This document shows positions 1-6,837 of a stretch of 32,000 nt of DNA, in pieces. The translations under genes were made by a program, and so were the position numbers. This DNA comes from Candidatus Electronema aureum. Lineage in GTDB: Bacteria; Desulfobacterota; Desulfobulbia; Desulfobulbales; Desulfobulbaceae. The notes under the pieces are model-generated. The model made no database searches. It was not told where the DNA came from and saw nothing but the letters and a program-made list of their open reading frames with translations. The stretch's first letter is position 1. Every line of letters starts with the position of its first letter. The DNA is taken from the NCBI GenBank assembly GCA_004284765.1, contig NQJD01000009.1, forward strand, positions 30,001 through 62,000, in the 5' to 3' direction.

Positions 1-1
1 G

Positions 2-469
2 CAGCGTGATTCGCTGGCCCAGCAGATGACTACGCAGAATCTGACTTTGCTTCAGCAGGGGTCAGCAGCGGCCAGCCAGATCAGAACGAAAGTGCGGGAC
101 ACCATCATGACGGACCGCTACAAAAACATTTCTGCAATGGCTCCGAATCTGTACAGAAGCAATATTCAGCCTCAGATGGTACAGACCATCATCAGCAACA
201 TCAAACCTTGGGAGCTGCCTAATCGCTTCAAGAGCAAGATGATGCCGATGATCGTTGGTCAGGTGAGCAACCAGATTAAAATGCCGCAGATCAATTTCAT
301 GCAGGAGAACATCAATAGTGCTGAGTTCCCCAATGTGCCTGGTTTGCCGAGTGGTATGGCTGGTTCTGTACCCAACCAAATCAAAGAGCAGCAGATGCAG
401 CAAATGCAGCAGGGCGTGATGGATCCGAATTTCATCAATCCTCAGGACCTGATGAACGGCGGTATGTAA
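2..469 (+). CDS. Met/Gln/Asn-rich protein, 5' end truncated by the window edge; paralog of the central core of the next gene
   Basis: The reading frame is open from nt 2 with no upstream stop. The product aligns by eye with the core of the 653..1633 product (NQNL[TS]LL.Q, QIR..VRD.IMT.R, IQP..VQ.IIS.I.PW..P.RF.S.MMP, FMQ..I.S..FPNV). A terminator hairpin follows. Confidence 0.75.
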   Translation, partial: QRDSLAQQMTTQNLTLLQQGSAAASQIRTKVRDTIMTDRYKNISAMAPNLYRSNIQPQMVQTIISNIKPWELPNRFKSKMMPMIVGQVSNQIKMPQINFMQENINSAEFPNVPGLPSGMAGSVPNQIKEQQMQQMQQGVMDPNFINPQDLMNGGM

Positions 470-496
470 GCTGAAACGCAGTCTTTGTTAAGCTTG

Positions 497-534
497 AAGC
501 CGGAGACGCGAGGAGTGTCTTCGGCTTTTATTTT
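497..534 (+). terminator. Rho-independent terminator
   Basis: An 11-bp stem AAGCCGGAGAC (497-507) pairs with GTCTTCGGCTT (517-527), including one G-U pair. The loop is 9 nt and a T-rich run follows (526-534). Confidence 0.75.
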
Positions 535-557
535 GATAGCGGAGCAGTTGAAAAAAT

Positions 558-586
558 TTTACAAACTTGGCAAAAATTGCTATTTT
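558..586 (+). promoter_or_regulatory. Candidate sigma70-type promoter for the Met-rich gene
   Basis: TTTACA (558-563), a 17-nt spacer, then TATTTT (581-586), about 65 nt upstream of the ATG at 653. Confidence 0.35.
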
Positions 587-652
587 AAAGAGTAGTCGTA
601 TTTTATGGGAAGAGGAGCTGGTGGAATTATGAAAAAACGAGGAGAGAAAGGG

Positions 653-1633
653 ATGAAGAAGACAATCAAAGTTGCGTTGGGTCTGTCCGTTATCTGTTTG
701 GTAGCAGCAGGTTCAGCTTGGGCTGGCGGCAGTAATCCGGGCGATATGGGTATGGGCAATGTAGGCGTAAACCCCATGATGGGCGGCATGAACCCGATGA
801 GCAGTGGCTTCAACATGCCCGTTAATCCCAATTCGTTGGCTGGCACCTATGCAGGAGCGGGCGTTCAGTCAGGCTACGGCGGTGGAATGCCGGGCGGCAT
901 TGGAATGGGTGGAACCATGCCGGGCAACAGTGGAATGCAGCAGCAGGGTGGGATGCCTATGCTCGACCTGCGGCAAGTGGTTATGCAGGGCATTCAGACA
1001 CTACCGCAGCAGCAGCAGTACAACGGGGCAATCGGCATGGCCAATCAGAATCTGTCCCTGCTGAATCAAAGCATGGGGAACGGCATGTCTCCGGTCAATC
1101 AGATTCGGTACAGCGTGCGGGATCAAATCATGACCAATCGCGTCAACGATATCTCCCGGATGGGCCAAGCCACTTTCAGGCCGATGATTCAGCCCGGTGC
1201 CGTACAGAGCATGATCAGCCAAATTCAGCCGTGGAATTTCCCCTACCGCTTCCAAAGTGCCATGATGCCTGCCATGATTCCTATGGTTAGTTCGCCAATC
1301 AAGCAGCAGCAGATGGCTTTCATGCAGAACGGCATCATGAGTCAAGGTTTTCCCAATGTTCAGCTGCCGATGCCTGCTTTTGGGCCTCAAGGCATGTACA
1401 ATAACATGATGCCAAATAATCAAGGGATGATGAATGGCGGCATGATGCAGCAGGGCGGAATGATGAACAACGGTGGATATTACCCATCAATGAATGGTGG
1501 CATGATGATGGGTAATGGTATGATGCCGGGTAACCAAGGCATGTATAACAATGGAATGCCTGGTGGAATGGGAATGGGTGGTATGATGGGTGGCAGCATG
1601 ATGCCGGGCGGTCAGGGCATGTACGGCTACTGA
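653..1633 (+). CDS. Secreted Met/Gly/Asn/Gln-rich low-complexity protein with a conserved central core of unknown function
   Basis: ATG 653 is preceded by GGAGAG (641-646). The N-terminus MKKTIKVALGLSVICLVAAGSAWA/GG looks like a Sec signal peptide. The mature part has no Cys or His, and I count about 53 Met in about 320 residues. The C-terminal tail reads GGMMMGNGMMPGNQGMYNNGMPGGMGMGGMMGGSMMPGGQGMYGY. The longest ORF (605) adds 16 residues with no support. Confidence 0.8.
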   Translation: MKKTIKVALGLSVICLVAAGSAWAGGSNPGDMGMGNVGVNPMMGGMNPMSSGFNMPVNPNSLAGTYAGAGVQSGYGGGMPGGIGMGGTMPGNSGMQQQGGMPMLDLRQVVMQGIQTLPQQQQYNGAIGMANQNLSLLNQSMGNGMSPVNQIRYSVRDQIMTNRVNDISRMGQATFRPMIQPGAVQSMISQIQPWNFPYRFQSAMMPAMIPMVSSPIKQQQMAFMQNGIMSQGFPNVQLPMPAFGPQGMYNNMMPNNQGMMNGGMMQQGGMMNNGGYYPSMNGGMMMGNGMMPGNQGMYNNGMPGGMGMGGMMGGSMMPGGQGMYGY

Positions 1634-1659
1634 TCAAGAGCAAATTGATCGACTCCACC

Positions 1660-1698
1660 AAGCCGGGGATGCGAGAGCGTCTCCGGCTTCGTTATTTT
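1660..1698 (+). terminator. Rho-independent terminator, a sequence relative of the one at 497..534
   Basis: The stem AAGCCGGGGA (1660-1669) pairs with TCTCCGGCTT (1680-1689), followed by CGTTATTTT. The stem and loop sequences resemble the upstream terminator. Confidence 0.7.
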
Positions 1699-1709
1699 CA
1701 GCTTCCCTC

Positions 1710-1738
1710 TTGACGCGCCTGCTGCACCCGGCTACATT
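1710..1738 (+). promoter_or_regulatory. Candidate sigma70-type promoter of the cbiK-ABC operon
   Basis: TTGACG (1710-1715), a 17-nt spacer, then TACATT (1733-1738). Confidence 0.4.
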
Positions 1739-1811
1739 GGCCTTTTTTGCATGAAAAATAGGTTTATCCACAACGGCGGTTGTGCCGCAGAAAAAGAGGG
1801 GAAAAAGAAAG

Positions 1812-2717
1812 GTGGAGCATAAAAACGCCATTGTTTTGGCTATGTTTGGCACCACCATTGAGTCTGCTCTCAAAGGACTGCTCAATATCCGCGACAAAAT
1901 GAAGGCGCATTACCGAGAAACGCCAGTACGGATCGCTTTTACCTCCAATATAATCCGCAAAAAATGGCGAAAGCGGGCTACTGACCGAGAGTACATCAAA
2001 GCGCATCCTGAAATTCCTGCGGAAGTGCTGCACGTCAAAACGGTTTTAGCAACAATTGCCGATTTGCAGGATCAAGGCTATGACACTATCGTCCTTCAGC
2101 CGACCTATATTGCTATGGGCGAGGAATTTTTTGATCTTAGCACCTACGTTGATGGCTTACTACGGATGGGAATAGTCAAAAAAGAAAAATATAAACCTTT
2201 TCACAAAGTAGTGCTGGGCCGTCCTGCGCTTGGTAGCTACAGTACCGCCCATTCTTATGCCGAGGACATCATGGCAGCGGCTAAGGCTTTGGCCGCTGAT
2301 GCCGAGCTGGCGAAAGCAGAAAAAGCCGCGTTGGTTTATATGGGTCATGGCAATCAACATTTCCCCTCCGCAGGTTCTTATTTGGAACTTGCCTACCGGA
2401 TGCGCCAACTGTATCCAGATGTGCTGACGTTGATCGGCAATATTGAGGGCTTTCCTCATCTTACCGATGTGATGGACGAGCTGAAGCGTTTTGAAGTAAA
2501 AAAAGTGCTGCTCAAACCTTGCATGATCGTAGCCGGAGGACACGCAGTGAATGATATGATCGGGACAAAGGATACATCGTGGAAGAACATTCTGGAGAAC
2601 AACGGCTTTTCGGTAATGATTGTCGAGAGCGGTCTGGGCGAGCTTGATGCCTTTGCCGAGTTATTTGTTCGCAATGCGGGCCAAGCTGCCGCTGATGCGG
2701 GCATCTTTTTGAAATAA
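1812..2717 (+). CDS. cbiK: Sirohydrochlorin cobaltochelatase, anaerobic CbiK type
   Basis: Motifs NAIVLAMFGTT, YMGHGNQH and LKPCMIVAGGHAVNDM match the CbiK class II chelatase signature (Salmonella CbiK has FMGHG and LMLVAGDHAxNDM). The start is ambiguous: GTG 1812 has GAGGGG 10 nt upstream, while the longest ORF begins at GTG 1782. There is no signal peptide in either case, and an in-frame stop lies at 1752-1754. Confidence 0.85.
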   Translation: MEHKNAIVLAMFGTTIESALKGLLNIRDKMKAHYRETPVRIAFTSNIIRKKWRKRATDREYIKAHPEIPAEVLHVKTVLATIADLQDQGYDTIVLQPTYIAMGEEFFDLSTYVDGLLRMGIVKKEKYKPFHKVVLGRPALGSYSTAHSYAEDIMAAAKALAADAELAKAEKAALVYMGHGNQHFPSAGSYLELAYRMRQLYPDVLTLIGNIEGFPHLTDVMDELKRFEVKKVLLKPCMIVAGGHAVNDMIGTKDTSWKNILENNGFSVMIVESGLGELDAFAELFVRNAGQAAADAGIFLK

Positions 2718-2719
2718 CA

Positions 2720-3766
2720 ATGGTCACTCGACCGAACGGATTTCCTTACGTGGCAGGTGGCACTTTGCTGCTTATTTTGTTTATAACCATGCTTTTTTCC
2801 GCAGGCATGGGATTTATGCACATTTCTGCCTCGGCGGTGCTGCAAACTGTCGTTGCACATTTTTTCCCGACTGCTGGGGCAGAGCTTGATCCGGTCACGG
2901 TGTCGGTCATCATTGACGTTCGCCTACCGCGTATCTTTGCGGCTGTACTGGTGGGCGGAATGCTGGCGGTCTGCGGCACGGTTTTTCAGGCCATCTTGCT
3001 CAATCCGCTCGCTGATCCTTACACTTTGGGGGTTTCCTCCGGCGCAGCCTTCGGGGCTTCGTTGGTGATTGTCCTCCAAGTTGCCGGGCTGTCCTTCTTA
3101 CCCAAGGTCTTTACCGTGCCGATTTTTGCCTTTGCAGGCAGCATTGCGGCTTTATTAGCTGTATTGGCCTTGGCTGCTGGCGACCGGCGACTTTCTTCCT
3201 CCAGCTTGATTCTCTCTGGGGTCATTGTGGCTGCTATTCTCTCCGCTGCCATCGGTTTTCTCCAATTTCTTGCTGAAGAACAGGTTGGTATCATCATTTT
3301 TTGGCTGATGGGTTCTTTAGCCAGCACCTCCCGACAAGACATCCTCTTGCTCATTCCGGCTGCTTTGATTGGTTCAGCGGTCTGCCTCTTTTGTGGTCGC
3401 GATCTCAACATCATGGCCGCAGGCGAACGCGCTGCTGCCGCCTTGGGTGTGAATACCGTGCGCCTGCGCTGGACGCTCCTCATAACTTGCTCACTGATGA
3501 CTGCCCTTTGTGTGGCTGTTTCCGGTATTATCGGCTTTGTCGGCTTAGTGGTGCCACATCTGCTTCGTCACGTGGCTGGGCCTGATAACCGGCGGTTGAT
3601 TGTACTTTCCTTTCTCGGTGGCGGCTTGCTCCTGCTGTGTGCTGACACCCTGACGAGGGCGGTACTGCCTGCGGAAATACCTATCGGGGTGCTGACCTCG
3701 CTCCTTGGCGGTCCTTTTTTTGCCTGTATTTTTAAAAAACGGCAGCAGGATAATGGTCGCTTCTGA
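2720..3766 (+). CDS. FecCD/BtuC-family ABC transporter permease (iron-chelate, cobalamin or haem type)
   Basis: The motif LRLPRIFAAVLVGGMLAVCGTVFQAILLNPLADPYTLGVSSGAAFG is typical of FecCD permeases, and there are multiple hydrophobic segments. The gene starts 2 nt after the cbiK stop. Confidence 0.9.
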   Translation: MVTRPNGFPYVAGGTLLLILFITMLFSAGMGFMHISASAVLQTVVAHFFPTAGAELDPVTVSVIIDVRLPRIFAAVLVGGMLAVCGTVFQAILLNPLADPYTLGVSSGAAFGASLVIVLQVAGLSFLPKVFTVPIFAFAGSIAALLAVLALAAGDRRLSSSSLILSGVIVAAILSAAIGFLQFLAEEQVGIIIFWLMGSLASTSRQDILLLIPAALIGSAVCLFCGRDLNIMAAGERAAAALGVNTVRLRWTLLITCSLMTALCVAVSGIIGFVGLVVPHLLRHVAGPDNRRLIVLSFLGGGLLLLCADTLTRAVLPAEIPIGVLTSLLGGPFFACIFKKRQQDNGRF

Positions 3767-4544
3767 TCTTCTCTGGCAGCTTGAACAAGTCAATTTCGCC
3801 CACGGCAGCCGCAAGGTGCTGGACGCGGTCAGCCTGAATATCCACGCCGGTCGATGGTGCGGCATTCTTGGCCCTAATGGTAGCGGCAAAACTACTCTGC
3901 TTGATCTGCTCTGTGGCCTGTTGCCCCCAGCCAGTGGTACGGTTGTTTATCGTGATCTGCCGCTGAAGCAATGGAGTCGCCGCCAGCTCGCCCGCCGAAT
4001 TGCGCTGGTGCCACAGGATTTTGCCGTCCGTTTTGATTTCTCCGTGCGGGAAGTAGTGGAGATGGGCCGTCATCCCCATCTTGGCAGGTTAGCCTCGATG
4101 ACCGAGCGTGATTATGCCGTGGTCGATGCGGTGACGGGGGAAATGGGCGTGGCCGAGCTGGCCAACCGCCCGGTGACACAGCTCTCTGGCGGTGAAAAAC
4201 AGCGGGTCGCGGCTGCCCGTGCCTTAGCTCAGGAGCCGGAAGCCTTGCTTTTGGATGAAGCTACCTCAAATTTGGATATTTACCACTCGTTAGCCATCCT
4301 CAGTCTGCTCCGCCGCCGAGTGCGCGAGCAAGGTCTGACTGTGGTTTCTTCTCTGCATGACCTCAATTTGGCCGGTTTTTTCTGCGACGAGCTGATTTTT
4401 CTCAAAGAGGGTCAGCTGATTTGCCACGGAGAAACTAACGTCGTGCTGCGGCCAGAGGTCATCCGTGAGGTCTATGGTGTGGCAGCGCAAGTGCGGCAGG
4501 ATGACTTTACTGGCTGCTTGCAGGTAAGTTGCATCACATGTTGA
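3753..4544 (+). CDS. ABC transporter ATP-binding protein (FepC/BtuD/HmuV-like)
   Basis: Walker A GPNGSGKTT, signature LSGGEKQR and Walker B LLLDEATSNLD are present. ATG 3753 is preceded by AGGA and overlaps the permease stop by 14 nt. The longest ORF (3705) is an unsupported extension. Confidence 0.9.
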   Translation: MVASDLLWQLEQVNFAHGSRKVLDAVSLNIHAGRWCGILGPNGSGKTTLLDLLCGLLPPASGTVVYRDLPLKQWSRRQLARRIALVPQDFAVRFDFSVREVVEMGRHPHLGRLASMTERDYAVVDAVTGEMGVAELANRPVTQLSGGEKQRVAAARALAQEPEALLLDEATSNLDIYHSLAILSLLRRRVREQGLTVVSSLHDLNLAGFFCDELIFLKEGQLICHGETNVVLRPEVIREVYGVAAQVRQDDFTGCLQVSCITC

Positions 4545-4696
4545 AAGCAAGCATTCTGCGATATAAAGGATTTACCCAAGATGAAAAAATGCTTGCAGTT
4601 TGTCGGCTGTAGTCTCATACTTGAACTGCATCGTAAACAGGGGAATCTATTGCCTACACCAAGCAGGCTAACTTTTAATCATCAGCGGGGTCATCT

Positions 4697-5869
4697 ATGA
4701 AGCAGCCGGAAGTCGCCTACTGGGTCGCGTCTATGTTGGGTACGAAGAAAGGCGTGTCCGATTTGAACATCACTGTCGGCAAAGGCCTACAGGTCGAAAT
4801 CGACGGCGGACTCACGCCGGTCAAGGTCGAGCCACCGGTGGAGGTGCTTACCCCCTTTCAGACCGAGGTTTTCGCCCTCAACCTGATCCACGGCAACCCC
4901 CGACTGCTTAAAGATTTAGTAAGCAAAGGCTCCTGCGACCTTTCCTATACCTTAGAGAATTCTGCCCGCTTCCGCGTCAACGTCTTCACGCAAAAAAGTT
5001 GTTATTCCTCAGTGCTGCGGAAGTTAGAAACTAAGATTCCATCGATCAAGGACTTTGGTTTTCCTGACTGCTTTTATAAGATGGCCAAAGAGCGCAACGG
5101 TCTGATTCTTTTTACCGGCGGCACCGGTACAGGCAAGACCACCTCGCTGGCCTCTATTCTCAACGAAATCAACGAAACGAGGGCCGTTCATCTCGTCACC
5201 CTTGAAGACCCGATAGAATACGTTCATCCGCACAAGAAGGCCACCTTTAATCAACGCGAGCAGGGCGATGACTTTGACACCTTTGCCAACGGACTGCGGG
5301 CCGCACTCCGCCAAGCACCTAAGGTCATTTTTGTTGGCGAGATTCGCGACCGTGAAACCTTAGAAATTGCTCTCACCGCTGCCGAAACCGGCCACGTGGT
5401 TTTTTCTTCCATGCACACCATCGATGCGGGACAGACGATCAACCGGGTCATCGGCATGTTTGAACACGATGAGCAGGCCCAGATCAGGGTGCGGCTGTCC
5501 GACACCATCCGTTGGGTAGTGAGCCAGCGTCTCTTGCCCAAAGTCGGCGGAGGCCGGGCGGCAGCGTTAGAAATCCTTCACATCAGTCTGCGCGTCAAAG
5601 ACCTGATCCTCAACGGCGAAGATGTGGCAACAGACAAGACGTTCTACAGTGTTCTTGAGGAAGGCTCGACCTTAGACATGCGCACCTTTGATCAACACAT
5701 CTTGCAGCTTTTCGGGCAAGGTCTGATCACTGAGGAAGTTGCCATGACCTACTGCTCCAACCGCAGCGTGATCAAACGAGGCATGGACACCATCAGGTCA
5801 ACCCGTGGAGAAAGCACCTCCAACATCATGGGCTTGGCAATGGAGCAGGTGGAAGAGGAAAAGAAATAA
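4697..5869 (+). CDS. pilT: PilT/PilU-family type IV pilus retraction ATPase
   Basis: Walker A GGTGTGKTT plus VTLEDPIEY, FVGEIRD and FSSMHT (His box). The 390-aa length is typical of the PilT/PilU branch of secretion ATPases. Confidence 0.85.
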   Translation: MKQPEVAYWVASMLGTKKGVSDLNITVGKGLQVEIDGGLTPVKVEPPVEVLTPFQTEVFALNLIHGNPRLLKDLVSKGSCDLSYTLENSARFRVNVFTQKSCYSSVLRKLETKIPSIKDFGFPDCFYKMAKERNGLILFTGGTGTGKTTSLASILNEINETRAVHLVTLEDPIEYVHPHKKATFNQREQGDDFDTFANGLRAALRQAPKVIFVGEIRDRETLEIALTAAETGHVVFSSMHTIDAGQTINRVIGMFEHDEQAQIRVRLSDTIRWVVSQRLLPKVGGGRAAALEILHISLRVKDLILNGEDVATDKTFYSVLEEGSTLDMRTFDQHILQLFGQGLITEEVAMTYCSNRSVIKRGMDTIRSTRGESTSNIMGLAMEQVEEEKK

Positions 5870-5912
5870 AAACGTTTACTGTTTCTGAACAGTTTCATCA
5901 GCGGAGAACACC

Positions 5913-6662
5913 ATGATCAGCAATTGCCCTCACTGTCAGGGTGCGCTTACCTTCAATGCAGCCCAGATGGCAAAAATCGAGCAGGCTCTGAAGGCTCTCA
6001 AGCCCGGCCAGAAGCTGCCGCTCAAATGCCCGCACTGCACCAAGCCCATGCCTCTTGATGCTTCCGGCCAAGTGGAAGGCGCACCCAAAGTCGCTGCCAC
6101 TACTCCGGCAGCTCCGCCCAAAGTAGAGCCGCCTAGTCCAGCCGAGCAGATCAAGCCGCCGCCACCGCCTAACATGGACTGGCTGAAAAGCAAAGAAAAA
6201 GAAGAAATGCAGTTCGACGACCATGCTAGGGATGTGCCAATGGCCTTGGTACTTCATGGCGACGACAACATGCGGCATTTGATCACATCCTCGATGGAGG
6301 CACTTGGCTATCAGGCTTCGGCAGTCACAACAGCGGAGGAGGCCATTCACGAAACCCAATCGATGAGTTATGCCTGCATTGTCTATCACACCGGCTTTGA
6401 GCCAGGCGAGCTAAAGGATTCCACCTTTCATAATTACATGCGACAAATGCCCATGTCGCGACGACGTTACACTTTTTATATCCTTATTGGGCCTGAATTT
6501 ACCAGCCTTTACGATATCCAAGCGTTGGCCAACAGTGCTAACTTGGTGGTAGCGGAAAAGGACATGAAAAACTTCCAACCCATCCTGCACAGGGCTATTC
6601 CGTACTACGAGCAGCTCTTTGGCCCGCTCCTCGAAGAACTGGCTTCTTACGGAAAAAAATAA
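5913..6662 (+). CDS. Zinc-ribbon (MJ0042-like CxxC...CxxC) protein with a Pro-rich linker and a receiver-like C-terminal domain
   Basis: N-terminal CPHCQG..(27 aa)..CPHCTK, then the linker PAAPPKVEPPSPAEQIKPPPPP. The C-terminal alternating beta/alpha pattern (ALVLHGDD, ACIVYH, FYILIG, ANLVVAEKD) resembles a CheY-like fold without the canonical phospho-acceptor Asp. Confidence 0.6.
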   Translation: MISNCPHCQGALTFNAAQMAKIEQALKALKPGQKLPLKCPHCTKPMPLDASGQVEGAPKVAATTPAAPPKVEPPSPAEQIKPPPPPNMDWLKSKEKEEMQFDDHARDVPMALVLHGDDNMRHLITSSMEALGYQASAVTTAEEAIHETQSMSYACIVYHTGFEPGELKDSTFHNYMRQMPMSRRRYTFYILIGPEFTSLYDIQALANSANLVVAEKDMKNFQPILHRAIPYYEQLFGPLLEELASYGKK

Positions 6663-6837
6663 GGTTGCTGAAAAAAAAGACGGCCTTTCAGCATGAAACT
6701 GTTGTTTTTCAGGGGTATCTTTGGTAAAAGTTCTTTTTTATCGCCGCTGCTCATGGGGAGCAGCGGACAAAATCAACAGCACAACGCTTCATTTACTGAC
6801 GACCGGCATAACCGGTTAGCAGAGGAACGACAAACCC

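Noticed and set aside
567-581. A sigma54-like -24/-12 element, TTGGCAAAAATTGCT, upstream of the Met-rich gene.
   Set aside because: The second G of GG (570) and the C of GC (580) are 10 nt apart, whereas the consensus TGGCAC-N5-TTGC needs 12. A sigma70-type TTTACA-N17-TATTTT fits better.
605-652. Longest-ORF N-terminal extensions in the supplied track (605 vs 653, 3705 vs 3753, 9807 vs 9720, 13139 vs 13052, 16391 vs 16385, 18630 vs 18654, 20399 vs 20438).
   Set aside because: In most of these cases the downstream start has a Shine-Dalgarno-like sequence at proper spacing; 16385 and 18654 have none and are preferred as ATG over TTG. Each matches the family N-terminus (signal peptide, MC- of CooT, Walker-A spacing), while the extensions overlap upstream genes or lack any support.
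1764-1772. A perfect DnaA box, TTATCCACA, in the cbiK leader.
   Set aside because: It is a single isolated 9-mer. One exact match on either strand in 32 kb is not far from the chance expectation, and there are no neighbouring boxes.
1634-1811. A cobalamin riboswitch upstream of cbiK.
   Set aside because: The leader downstream of the candidate promoter is under 100 nt and I see no B12-box-like GCCACTG core. A covariance-model scan would be needed to exclude it formally.
1751-1822. A 23-codon upstream ORF (MKNRFIHNGGCAAEKEGKKKGGA) overlapping the cbiK start region.
   Set aside because: It has no Shine-Dalgarno sequence and no conservation evidence is available. It could be a leader peptide but cannot be supported from the sequence alone.
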